Virus genome (UHGV): UHGV-0387913
DNA length: 40,425 nucleotides
DNA from: a virus
Reading direction: 5' to 3' (one strand)
Each line of letters starts with the position of its first letter. Positions within the stretch are counted from its first letter, which is position 1. The position numbers and the translations under genes were made by a program. The notes under the pieces were generated by a model, which did no database searches, was not told where the DNA came from, and saw nothing but the letters and a program-made list of their open reading frames with translations. Below, one piece after another: positions 18,490-28,562 of this stretch.

Positions 18490-20095
18490 ACATACCCGGT
18501 TGCATACCTACGGAATCAGCTGCCTGTGCCATTGCTTCAGGACTCGCTGTAGCCTGTGCGGCCATCCCTTGACCCAGTGCTGCCGCCCCTTGCTGTGTGG
18601 CAATCTGAGCACCTTGCTGTGCCATAAGGGCGTTCTTCTCTTCCTGAGTGAGCAACATGCCAGCCGTGTCGAGTCCGATAGCGTTAGCGATGCGTAACTT
18701 GAGGTTAGCCAAGTTGAGGTCGTCATCACCTTCGAGTGCCTTAAGGGCTGACCATGCGGCAATACACCGCTCCAGCTTGTCAAGGTCCTGACCACGTCCG
18801 ATAGCCTCAAGGCCAGTGCTGATAGTTGGTTCGACGGCCTCTTTAGGTAACTCTGGGATTTGCTGCGTGGCTTGTAGTTGCTTCAAGAGCACTCTTACCA
18901 GGGGCAGCTGGAGTTCCTGTGAGAGAATCGAATAGACACCACCTAAGGTATCTTCCAGCTCTGACGCCACGTACCGAATCTCTTCGGCTGTGACCCGCTC
19001 GCCTGTACGTTGCACCGCACTGTTGAGCATAAAGGCATACGAGAGGCGAGCCTCAATGGTGTCACTTACATTCTTCGCTACGGTAAAGTCGCCGGACTTC
19101 TCCAGTTGGAGGAACTCAATGTCCTGCTTACGGCCCGGTACGAACGCACCAGACTGAGCGGATGTGAGTCGGCGGACCTGAGTGATACCTGCTGGGTCTA
19201 CAAGGCCGATGACCTTAGCGGTAATCATGGCCATCTTCACGATGGACTCTTGGAGGTTCTCTAGGGACTTGAGGTCACCTAGATACTCTTCCACGTAGGA
19301 GCGACCATAAGATTCACCGTCGATGCGGACCATTCGGACCGGAATGTACGGACACTCTTCGAGTGGATACTCAGCTTCGCTACCCGGTACCACCTCTTCG
19401 GCAACCTCTTCATACTTCGAGTAGCCATCCCCGGCTTCGTTCAGGTACACGTGAGTGTAGATGTCAATCTCAGCGTCTTCCTTCTGTTCACCTTGGGCTG
19501 CTTCCACTTGGCTGCGTACATCCTCAGGGAGGGCGTTGAACGCAATCTTGTCGAGGGTCACAACCTGAAGTACGTTACCGAAAGCATCTCGCTGGACTAC
19601 ATAGGAGTTCAGGCGATAGAGCTTCATCGGGGTATAACCCTCAGGCTCCGGTAAGTACAGCAGTGCGTTCCCGGCCACACACAGCTGCTTCAAGCACTCA
19701 AAGAGAGTCACTCGGTAGCTGTTGGACTCGATGTAGTTCATGATGATTCGCTCCACCATTGAGAGACCTTCATCGACCTTGGCGAGACCCTCAGCGTCAC
19801 CCAGTAGGTTCTTCGCTTCGTATTCACTAATGGTCAACTTCATCCATGACTGCATCGGGAACAGGGCCAGCATCAGCTTCGACGCTAGGTTGTTCAGCCC
19901 GCGAGCACCCACGGATTGCCACGGAGTCGTATAATCAGTCGATGCGTTATCGGAGTCCTTAGGGAACAGTGAGGGAATCGTGTACTGAGCGCAGGACTCT
20001 GCTCGTGTCTCATAAGGTTGTCGGTCGTTCTTCAGACGGTCGTACACCGCCTTGGCTCCCTCCTCTGCGAAGCCTTCGAGTTTAACTTCTGCCAT
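18488..20095 (-). CDS. 8: Head-to-tail connector (portal) protein gp8.
   Basis: The protein is 535 aa (T7 gp8 is 536) and opens MAEVKLEGFAEEGAKAVYDRLKNDRQPYETRAESCAQYTIPSLFP. Confidence 0.92.
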   Translation of the reverse strand: MAEVKLEGFAEEGAKAVYDRLKNDRQPYETRAESCAQYTIPSLFPKDSDNASTDYTTPWQSVGARGLNNLASKLMLALFPMQSWMKLTISEYEAKNLLGDAEGLAKVDEGLSMVERIIMNYIESNSYRVTLFECLKQLCVAGNALLYLPEPEGYTPMKLYRLNSYVVQRDAFGNVLQVVTLDKIAFNALPEDVRSQVEAAQGEQKEDAEIDIYTHVYLNEAGDGYSKYEEVAEEVVPGSEAEYPLEECPYIPVRMVRIDGESYGRSYVEEYLGDLKSLENLQESIVKMAMITAKVIGLVDPAGITQVRRLTSAQSGAFVPGRKQDIEFLQLEKSGDFTVAKNVSDTIEARLSYAFMLNSAVQRTGERVTAEEIRYVASELEDTLGGVYSILSQELQLPLVRVLLKQLQATQQIPELPKEAVEPTISTGLEAIGRGQDLDKLERCIAAWSALKALEGDDDLNLANLKLRIANAIGLDTAGMLLTQEEKNALMAQQGAQIATQQGAAALGQGMAAQATASPEAMAQAADSVGMQPGM

Positions 20096-20118
20096 TTGTT
20101 AGCCCTCCCCGTAACCAA

Positions 20119-20379
20119 TCATAAGTTAATCCCACCGCCTGAGCTGCGGGAAACTGAGAGGGACTTCTTACCGGAGGCGCGAGTTTTCTTCTTGCCGGAC
20201 TCAGTGTCTGCTGAAGACTCAACATCCTCCACGACCTCTTTCGGTGCTTCCTGAGGTGCGGCCACAGGTGTCTCAGCGGCTGTCTGCACGCTAGGTGCAT
20301 CCGCTGCCAGACCTACGGCCTTGAGTGGTGCCTTGACTACCTTGGAGATAGCCTTCTTGATTTTCTTGAACAGTCCCAT
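20119..20379 (-). CDS. 7.3: Tail protein gp7.3.
   Basis: The protein opens MGLFKKIKKAISKVVKAPLKAVG and ends ESGKKKTRASGKKSLSVSRSSGGGINL, matching the T7 gp7.3 ends (MGKKVKKAVKKV... and SGRKKARAGGKKSLSVARSSGGGINI). Confidence 0.85.
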   Translation of the reverse strand: MGLFKKIKKAISKVVKAPLKAVGLAADAPSVQTAAETPVAAPQEAPKEVVEDVESSADTESGKKKTRASGKKSLSVSRSSGGGINL

Positions 20380-20380
20380 G

Positions 20381-20608
20381 TTAGCCTCCTAAAGCTGACT
20401 TACGGATTTTACTTACTGACCCTGTAGGCTCGGTCGTCTTGGTCACCTTGAGTGACTTACGCCCTGACACCTCAGGAGTGGTGCTGTTAGAGTCCTCGTC
20501 ACTACCGTACTGGACACCCTTAGGTTCCTCCGTCAGTGGCGCTGGCTCAGGGACAGTCGTTGTGTCAACCTTAGGTGCTTTCATCTTAGGTGAGAAACAC
20601 ATAATCAA
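20381..20608 (-). CDS. 6.7: Virion protein gp6.7.
   Basis: The protein opens MIMCFSPKMKAPKVDTT...EPAPLTEE and ends SKIRKSALGG, matching T7 gp6.7 (MCFSPKIKTPKMDTN...EPAPLTQE...SIRKSAFGG). Confidence 0.85.
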   Translation of the reverse strand: MIMCFSPKMKAPKVDTTTVPEPAPLTEEPKGVQYGSDEDSNSTTPEVSGRKSLKVTKTTEPTGSVSKIRKSALGG

Positions 20609-20850
20609 TCTCCTTCTTTGAGTGCACGCTGACGGCCCTCCATCTCATCAAGGACACGCGAAGCCATGTGGTGACCATACAGTACGCCGGAGATGAACTC
20701 CTCACTGTGGCCAGCCTCACGCAACTTACGGACCTCTGATTGATACAGGAAGTCAGCATTGAAGCGAGACTGTAGGTACTCCTTGACAGCTCGCGGTACG
20801 TCAGGAAGGTCGTTAGGATTGTTAAGGATGTGCTCTATAGGTTTTAACAT
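20605..20850 (-). CDS. 6.5: gp6.5-like hypothetical protein.
   Basis: The 81-aa protein sits directly downstream of phi6.5. T7 gp6.5 is 84 aa. Confidence 0.7.
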   Translation of the reverse strand: MLKPIEHILNNPNDLPDVPRAVKEYLQSRFNADFLYQSEVRKLREAGHSEEFISGVLYGHHMASRVLDEMEGRQRALKEGD

Positions 20851-20889
20851 TTGAGTCTCCTCTCTAAGTAATCTTTAAGTAATAATCAT

Positions 20890-20928
20890 AATGGGCACTT
20901 CCCTATAGTGCTACCTAATTAGTGCCCA
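20890..20928 (-). promoter_or_regulatory. Inverted repeat around phi6.5, an RNase III R6.5-like hairpin.
   Basis: Perfect 8-bp arms ATGGGCAC/GTGCCCAT flank the promoter. T7 R6.5 overlaps phi6.5 in the same way. Confidence 0.5.
20897..20919 (-). promoter_or_regulatory. Phage RNAP promoter (phi6.5), variant AATTAGGTAGCACTATAGGGAAG.
   Basis: Twenty-one of 23 positions match the consensus. The site is embedded in the hairpin atgggcac(20890-97)/gtgcccat(20921-28). Confidence 0.8.
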
Positions 20929-20935
20929 TGAGTTT

Positions 20936-21046
20936 ATTACTCTGCCTTGTGCTCGACTATCTGCTTGATAATCAAGGCCAACATCCAGAGACCACGAGCG
21001 ACTAAGCCCATGGTCAGGACGATAAGAATCAGCTGCCCGGTTGCCA
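20936..21046 (-). CDS. 6.3: Small membrane peptide (gp6.3-like), 36 aa.
   Basis: Manual translation gives MATGQLILIVLTMGLVARGLWMLALIIKQIVEHKAE. The RBS GGGGAGA lies 7 nt upstream. T7 has a 37-aa gp6.3 in this slot. The ORF is below the length cutoff of the track. Confidence 0.55.
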
Positions 21047-21931
21047 TAGAGTAATCTCCCCAGTCTCGATGTTGTACTCATCAGAACGGAGGATTCTAGC
21101 CATCTGGCCCTGCTTGATTACTTCCTCTTCGGTCATCCCTGCTTTGGCACCAATGGACTTAATACAATCCCAGAGCGTCTCTCCGGCCTCAGGAGTGCGT
21201 TTCACCCACTTGGTTACCTCTTGGCCCTTGTTCTTACCAGACTTCAGCACGGACGTTACAGGCTCTACAATGAAGGGTTCCTTGAGGAAGTCCTCAGCGG
21301 TATCGCCCCATCCGGGAATCCCACCGTAACCATCAGTAATGTCACCCTTGATAGTCTGGAAGAGATGCCAGTAATCAGCTGTCTCCTGAGTCTGTACAAG
21401 GATGTTACCAGTGGTGCACCACAGGAAATCACAATCAGGGATGGTCTTAAAGTCCTTATCACAGGAAACCAGCACGGCCTTCTCGTAGTGATACGGTAGC
21501 GGATTAGACCCAATGATTCCCATCACGTCATCCCCCTCGAGCTGAGGCTCAAGGACGCATGTATAGGCCTCAAAGACGGACTCAAGGAACTCGAAGTAGC
21601 CAACAGGCTTCTTGACGACAGCTCGGTTCTCTTTGTACATTGGGTCCACCAGCAGTTTACGCCAGTTGACACGGTCGGTGAACGCTAGGACAACGTCAGC
21701 ATTCTTCCAAGCCTTCTTGCGCCCCTTGTAAGACTCAATGGAGTTTTCCAGAATCTCATGGGCCTTGGCGTGGTCACAGCAACGGTGCCAAATCTCTTCC
21801 TCCCACGAGGCATCGAACTCAGCGGCACTCATTGCCTGAAATACCAGCCAGTCACCATCCATCACGAGGACACCCTTGGCAATCTTCTGGGTTGCCCGGT
21901 AGTCACTGAAGGATAACAAAGTGTGCTTCAT
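21029..21931 (-). CDS. 6: 5'-3' exonuclease (gp6).
   Basis: The protein is 300 aa and contains VLVMDGDWLVFQAMSAAEFDASWEEEIWHRCCDHAKA, identical to a T7 gp6 block. Confidence 0.95.
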   Translation of the reverse strand: MKHTLLSFSDYRATQKIAKGVLVMDGDWLVFQAMSAAEFDASWEEEIWHRCCDHAKAHEILENSIESYKGRKKAWKNADVVLAFTDRVNWRKLLVDPMYKENRAVVKKPVGYFEFLESVFEAYTCVLEPQLEGDDVMGIIGSNPLPYHYEKAVLVSCDKDFKTIPDCDFLWCTTGNILVQTQETADYWHLFQTIKGDITDGYGGIPGWGDTAEDFLKEPFIVEPVTSVLKSGKNKGQEVTKWVKRTPEAGETLWDCIKSIGAKAGMTEEEVIKQGQMARILRSDEYNIETGEITLWQPGS

Positions 21932-22140
21932 TGGGAACCTCCCTTAGCAACAACCACAACACGGTCAAACGGACGCCACAGTTTTGACCACGTTGATTCG
22001 TACACCATGACCTGTTTATCAGTCATTCGGGTAACTACTGTTTTGTTAAGACCCGAAGAGCCGCCACGGCCGCCAGCGTCAGCATACACAATGGTGTCGC
22101 CAATCTCGATATCGTTACCTAAAAAGTCTTTCATAGACAA
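21928..22140 (-). CDS. Hypothetical 70-aa protein in the gene 5.9 slot. It is unrelated to T7 gp5.9.
   Basis: The protein reads MSMKDFLGNDIEIGDTIVYADAGGRGGSSGLNKTVVTRMTDKQVMVYESTWSKLWRPFDRVVVVAKGGSQ. Its stop overlaps the gene 6 ATG as ATGA. Confidence 0.65.
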   Translation of the reverse strand: MSMKDFLGNDIEIGDTIVYADAGGRGGSSGLNKTVVTRMTDKQVMVYESTWSKLWRPFDRVVVVAKGGSQ

Positions 22141-22340
22141 CCTCCATGGGTCTTAAGGAATTTCACCCCGGCACTGGTAATTTCCCAAGCGCCACCGTTA
22201 CGACCGCTCATGGTCAGACACGAAATGTGACCACGGCTCGCAGCCTCAGCGACTAACGCAGCGTTGTTTCGCACGTAGTTCGACTGGAAGGACTTAGGGC
22301 AGCCCTTGAGGGCCGCCAGAACTTTAAGGTACTCACTCAC
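22131..22340 (-). CDS. 5.7: gp5.7.
   Basis: The 69-aa protein MSEYLKVLAALKGCPKSFQSNYVRNNAALVAEAASRGHISCLTMSGRNGGAWEITSAGVKFLKTHGGCL is nearly identical to T7 gp5.7. Confidence 0.92.
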   Translation of the reverse strand: MSEYLKVLAALKGCPKSFQSNYVRNNAALVAEAASRGHISCLTMSGRNGGAWEITSAGVKFLKTHGGCL

Positions 22341-22639
22341 TTGGTCACCCTCACGATTGCCGGAGAGAAGCGCATAAGTTTCTTCTCGTTAAACGAAAGG
22401 TCGTCATGAGCCTCTTTGACCATTGAGCGCAGACCTTGTCGGATACAGTACGCAGCCGCCTCGTCAGGCCCACCATTGAGCGCTGCCTCAAGTAGCCCCA
22501 GATTGAAGTTGTCCACCTTCTCACCCTTGGTAACCATCTGTGCGATTCGCAGCACGGTCTCGCTTAGGTTCTTCTCGGACTCGCTGTCAATTACGCTGGT
22601 TACTTCAAAGGTAACTTTAAAACGCTTGGTAATAGCCAT
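22337..22639 (-). CDS. 5.5: gp5.5 (H-NS binding protein family).
   Basis: The internal-ATG start gives MAITKRFKVTFEVTSVIDSE..., matching T7 gp5.5 (MAMTKKFKVSFDVTAKMSSD). The RBS AGGAG lies 7 nt upstream. The longer start at 22741 offered by the track overlaps the HNH gene and is unlikely. Confidence 0.8.
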   Translation of the reverse strand: MAITKRFKVTFEVTSVIDSESEKNLSETVLRIAQMVTKGEKVDNFNLGLLEAALNGGPDEAAAYCIRQGLRSMVKEAHDDLSFNEKKLMRFSPAIVRVTK

Positions 22640-22649
22640 GATAAATCTC

Positions 22650-22955
22650 CTAGTTCTTAATGAGCCTACGCTCTTTGTTGGTCTTGATGGTGTGAGCCGT
22701 TCCGTCAATACACTGTAGGTGCTCAACATTACAGCAGCCACGGTTTAAACACAAATGGTCTATCTCGTATCCGTCAGGTATTGGGCCCATGTGTTGCACC
22801 CAGACCCATCGATGAAACATGAACTGCTTCTTCTCACCTTTGCGGGATGAGCCTATAGAATACCGAAAGTATCCATCCTGATTCCGCTTATGGGAAACGC
22901 AGACGATACACCCGGTCGGCATTGTGTGAAACCTTAGGGTTGCTACGCCTCCCAT
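22650..22955 (-). CDS. 5.3: HNH endonuclease (gp5.3-like).
   Basis: The HNH motif is visible in HRWVWVQHMGPIPDGYEIDHLCLNRGCCNVEHLQCIDGTAHT, and the gene sits in the T7 gp5.3 position. Confidence 0.8.
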   Translation of the reverse strand: MGGVATLRFHTMPTGCIVCVSHKRNQDGYFRYSIGSSRKGEKKQFMFHRWVWVQHMGPIPDGYEIDHLCLNRGCCNVEHLQCIDGTAHTIKTNKERRLIKN

Positions 22956-22964
22956 AAATCCTCC

Positions 22965-25091
22965 TTAGTGACATTCTCGCCAGTTAGCTCCCATCTTCCC
23001 CTCTGTATCCAGACGGCAACGGAACTTGAAGTGGTCCCCAACGTTACGCATAGCAATCTGCGCAATGTCAATTACCTGTTGTGCAATCTCTGGTGTCCTA
23101 CATGCAACCTGAATTTCGTCGTGTATCCATGCCATGTATGCAAAGTCACCATCCCAACCATGCTTTAAGCCAGCCGCGAGAAGTAACTCTTCAGTCTCGA
23201 TAATCCAGAGCTTACAAATGAGTGCACCAGCTGACTGAAGGAGCGTGTTGAGCGCGGCATGTGGTGACCGCACGTGTACCTTTCTCCCATCCAGTCCCTT
23301 AATCCAGCGTCGTTTCCACTTGAGCTTCTGTTCTCCGGCAACCCATCGGGATGACTCGACGAGGGTCTGCTGGATTCCTTCGCGCAGGGCTGCGATTGCT
23401 GGGGTGTTCTCAAGGAATTTCTTCTTGAGTTCCTTTCCGCGTTCCTTACCTGCTCCAACGATTTGTCCAATCTTTTCATCACCAGCCCCATAGAGGAAGC
23501 CGTAGATGAATGTCTTGGCGTTATCACGTGTAGGCAACTCAGCAGCCTGTTGGTTTACTGTGTGGATGTCCCCGTTAAGAATAACATCTGCATAAGCTCC
23601 CCCGTCGTACTTGGACATGAAGTGGGCGAGACACCGCAGCTCCAGACCACTGGCGTCGATGCCAGCTTGTACCCAAGGTAAACCAGTGAGGCCGTCAAGA
23701 TGATGCTCAGCACCAAAAGCAGCCCTGCAAGGCTCGCCGTAAGGACTTCGAACACCCGGTACTTGCCCGAGGTTCGGGAAGCTGTGAGTCGCTCGGCCTG
23801 TAATGGCACCATTAGGATTGACTGAACCATGAATTTTACCATCCTCTTGAACGTAACGTAGCCACGCTTTGTCACCCTCAGCCACCTGACCGATGCGCTT
23901 CTGTATCATCAGGTACTCTTTGATGAGGTCGATGCAGCGCTGCTTCTCAGGGTCTTCCACACGAACGTGCTCAAGGACCTCGTCGTCTACCTTAGGTGCA
24001 CCCTTTTCGGTGAACTCTGTAGGTACCCATCCGGCTTCCTTCAGCTTGAGCGCAATGTGGTCTCGGCTACTTGGGTTGAACACAACGTGCTCTACTGGTG
24101 TGTACGGAGCACCCTCTACGTAATCCCGAGTGTCCAGCTCACAAGGTTCACGACCCTCTCGTTGAGCTTTGTTCTTGGGTTTCTTGTAGATACCACCCTG
24201 TTTCGGATACTTCACTCGCGGGTATTTACCCAGAGGTCTACCAGTGCGGGGGTGCAGGAATAACTCAGTACCTCCCTTAGGCTGATACCAAGTACCGAAA
24301 GTGTCGGTAAGTGTCTGAAGGAGTTCAGAGCGACGACCAGCGAGTTCAACGTAAAGTTCCTCGATGGCCTTGGTGTCAAACGGGAAGCCGTTACGCTCCT
24401 GCTTAGCGAGCAACCATGCGGCCCGGTGTTCCAACCAAACGGCCTCACAGGACTCCGACCAGAACAGGCTGGCGTCAGCGTTGGTCCACTCCTCCAGTAG
24501 CCTTTCAGCGTCTGGGAAGTAGTGCTTGTCGCTCAGCAGTTTCTCTAAGAGTGCTTTGGTGACCACAACGTCCTGAACGTTATAGTCCATCATCGGCTCG
24601 TTGAAGCTAATCCACTCAGCACCATCAACGTAGTCCTCGCCCTGTTCCTCAAGGAGCTTCTTGAAGTCGTCCTTGTACTCACCCTTCATCTCTCCTAAGC
24701 GATAACCCCACGCCTCCAGAGCGTGAGACCCGAAGCGCTTACCAGGTAACTTACCGGAACGCAGCAGGGCCATGTCGGAGTCCTTAATGTTCGCATACAG
24801 CAAACGACTGAGCACCAATGTGTCAACGACGTTCTCACGCGGCAGGTGGAACTCGCGGTTTAACTGGAGCTTGGCCAGCTTGGTCAACACTGGGGCATCA
24901 TACTTGTGACCGTTGTGGAATACAATGAGACCACCACGAGCCACCTCAGCTTCCAACGCATCGAGATATGCTGAGAAGTCCCAAGGTCGATACGATACGT
25001 ACTCGTCCGTACTATAGTCATAGATGACTCCACAATGGAACTGAGTGACTTTCTCTAAGAGGTTGTTCGCCTCGATATCGGTTACTAACAT
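22965..25091 (-). CDS. 5: DNA polymerase (gp5).
   Basis: The protein is 708 aa and contains MLVTDIEANNLLEKVTQFHCGVIYDYSTDEYVSYRP and ...FIYGFLYGAGDEKIGQIVGAGKERGKELKKKFLENTPAIAALRE, nearly identical to T7 gp5 blocks. Confidence 0.95.
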   Translation of the reverse strand: MLVTDIEANNLLEKVTQFHCGVIYDYSTDEYVSYRPWDFSAYLDALEAEVARGGLIVFHNGHKYDAPVLTKLAKLQLNREFHLPRENVVDTLVLSRLLYANIKDSDMALLRSGKLPGKRFGSHALEAWGYRLGEMKGEYKDDFKKLLEEQGEDYVDGAEWISFNEPMMDYNVQDVVVTKALLEKLLSDKHYFPDAERLLEEWTNADASLFWSESCEAVWLEHRAAWLLAKQERNGFPFDTKAIEELYVELAGRRSELLQTLTDTFGTWYQPKGGTELFLHPRTGRPLGKYPRVKYPKQGGIYKKPKNKAQREGREPCELDTRDYVEGAPYTPVEHVVFNPSSRDHIALKLKEAGWVPTEFTEKGAPKVDDEVLEHVRVEDPEKQRCIDLIKEYLMIQKRIGQVAEGDKAWLRYVQEDGKIHGSVNPNGAITGRATHSFPNLGQVPGVRSPYGEPCRAAFGAEHHLDGLTGLPWVQAGIDASGLELRCLAHFMSKYDGGAYADVILNGDIHTVNQQAAELPTRDNAKTFIYGFLYGAGDEKIGQIVGAGKERGKELKKKFLENTPAIAALREGIQQTLVESSRWVAGEQKLKWKRRWIKGLDGRKVHVRSPHAALNTLLQSAGALICKLWIIETEELLLAAGLKHGWDGDFAYMAWIHDEIQVACRTPEIAQQVIDIAQIAMRNVGDHFKFRCRLDTEGKMGANWRECH

Positions 25092-25107
25092 AGTGGTCTC
25101 CTGTTGC

Positions 25108-25500
25108 TTAACGACGCCCGATGAAATACTCGCGGGGTCGAACGGTCAACTTACTTTTCTCAATAGCGAAACTACCGTTGAGGACATCGGCACCTGAATG
25201 ATAGACAGCGCGAACGTGTGATACTTGGCAGTACCTATCACCTACTGACCGGATATAAACGGTACCGCCAAGGGCGCTATCCTCCCACGTTGCAAACTCT
25301 CCAGCCTTCAGTGGAGCCTTGTAATCATTGATTTTGATTGTTGCCTTAGGCTTCTGCCAGCCCTTTCGTGGGTCGTGTGTCCACCCTAAGTTATATAGGA
25401 TGTTAACAGCAGCAACCTGCCTAGACTCATGAATCTTCACGGCCTCCAGCTCTTTGGTCAGCTTCTCAATGTCTGCACGGATTTCTTCAGGTTTACGCAT
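25108..25500 (-). CDS. 4.7: gp4.7-like hypothetical protein.
   Basis: The protein is 130 aa (T7 gp4.7 is 135) and is preceded by an R4.7-type hairpin. Confidence 0.7.
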   Translation of the reverse strand: MRKPEEIRADIEKLTKELEAVKIHESRQVAAVNILYNLGWTHDPRKGWQKPKATIKINDYKAPLKAGEFATWEDSALGGTVYIRSVGDRYCQVSHVRAVYHSGADVLNGSFAIEKSKLTVRPREYFIGRR

Positions 25501-25527
25501 TGTTTGTACCTCTCAATATGTTGTGTG

Positions 25528-25585
25528 TGATAATCATAAAGGCCACTATATATAGTAATGACCTTGAGTTTATCACTTGGCTTCT
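25528..25585 (-). promoter_or_regulatory. RNase III-type hairpin (R4.7 analogue).
   Basis: The motif ataatcataaaggccactatatatagtaatgaccttgagtttatcact shares the sequence found at 1728, 32215 and 32745. Confidence 0.5.
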
Positions 25586-25884
25586 GACGCTTCTGCCAGC
25601 CGGGTTGCCGTTGAGCCTACCTCTTTACTCAGGATAGCCTCACGGACCTTGTCCTCACCAACAGCTATAGTAGCGGCTACGGCTACGGATGCCAGTAGTC
25701 GAGCTGCTTGAACATCGTCAAGTGTCACACGCTGAGTATGCGCACGGTTATCACTCTTAGCCTTCCAGCGGTAGACCAGAGTCACCTTGTCGTTGCGAAC
25801 GTTGATGTGAACCTTGCGTCCCCACTGGTCAACGGTGTCGGACAGCTGAATGGTATTACCGGGGAATTTAACTTTGGTAGTCAT
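25573..25884 (-). CDS. gp4.5-like hypothetical protein.
   Basis: The protein is 103 aa. Its start overlaps the gp4.3 stop. The call rests on position only. Confidence 0.6.
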   Translation of the reverse strand: MTTKVKFPGNTIQLSDTVDQWGRKVHINVRNDKVTLVYRWKAKSDNRAHTQRVTLDDVQAARLLASVAVAATIAVGEDKVREAILSKEVGSTATRLAEASEAK

Positions 25885-26093
25885 TAGAAGAACTCCTTAA
25901 GTTTCTGGGCTTTAGCTGCCACCTTAGCGGCCTCTGCGGTTGCATAAAGTGCTGCTTCACGTGCGACAGCGGCCTTTGCCGCCAGCTGTGCAGCTGTAAG
26001 GGCCTCAACCTTGGACACCTTGTCAAGTGCCTTAGCTTCGCGAATGTACAGCGCGATGACCAGACGGCCTAATGCTTCGATAAGTTTAAACAT
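25884..26093 (-). CDS. 4.3: gp4.3.
   Basis: The protein opens MFKLIEALGRLVIALYIREAKAL and ends AKAQKLKEFF, matching T7 gp4.3 (MFKLIKKLGQLLVRMYNVEAKRL...QQLSKFFE). The RBS AGGAG lies 8 nt upstream. Confidence 0.8.
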   Translation of the reverse strand: MFKLIEALGRLVIALYIREAKALDKVSKVEALTAAQLAAKAAVAREAALYATAEAAKVAAKAQKLKEFF

Positions 26094-26191
26094 GTTGATT
26101 CTCCTATTTACGGTTAAAGTCTCTGTACATTCTCATACGGAATGCTTCGAGTGTTGGACAGCAGTGCTCACAGGAGCACCACTCGTCATGA

Positions 26192-28103
<1,912 letters not shown>

Positions 28104-28104
28104 T

Positions 28105-28560
28105 TTACCCACGGTCAGAAGTGACCAATTCGTTCTTCTCCCACCAGCGCTTCAGGTCGAAGCTCGGGCAAGCTTTAGGTGCCACATCGTGGTGTGCCAT
28201 CAGCACAGCCCCAGCGTATTGCACCTTCAGTTCTACCAGTAGTGAACGCAGAGACTGCATCTGGGCTGGCGTGAAGTTTGCCTCGTGGTTACCTTTGGCG
28301 TCGATGCCTCCAACCAGACACACACCGACCGAAGTCGAGTTGTAGCCCTTGACGTGTGAACCTACAGCATCTTGGTCTCGACCAGCCTCTACGGTACCGT
28401 CACGGCGAATCACAAAGTGATATCCAATTGCTAACCATCCCTGCTCCTTATGCCACTGAGCAATCTCTCGGACCCCAATGTCCATAGAGGACTTGGTGGC
28501 TGAACAATGTACGAAAATCTGGGATGTCTCCTTTCGTTTGGTGAATTGTACCTTAGGCAT
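28105..28560 (-). CDS. 3.5: Lysozyme, an N-acetylmuramoyl-L-alanine amidase and RNAP inhibitor (gp3.5).
   Basis: The 151-aa protein contains FVHCSATK, REIAQWHKEQGWL and AHHDVAPKACPSFDLKRWWEKNELVTSDRG, nearly identical to T7 lysozyme. Confidence 0.95.
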   Translation of the reverse strand: MPKVQFTKRKETSQIFVHCSATKSSMDIGVREIAQWHKEQGWLAIGYHFVIRRDGTVEAGRDQDAVGSHVKGYNSTSVGVCLVGGIDAKGNHEANFTPAQMQSLRSLLVELKVQYAGAVLMAHHDVAPKACPSFDLKRWWEKNELVTSDRG

Positions 28561-28562
28561 AC

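Noticed and set aside
20082-20300. A 72-aa minus-strand ORF overlapping gp7.3.
   Set aside because: It is in the wrong frame within gp7.3, which is confirmed by its N- and C-terminal identity to T7 gp7.3.
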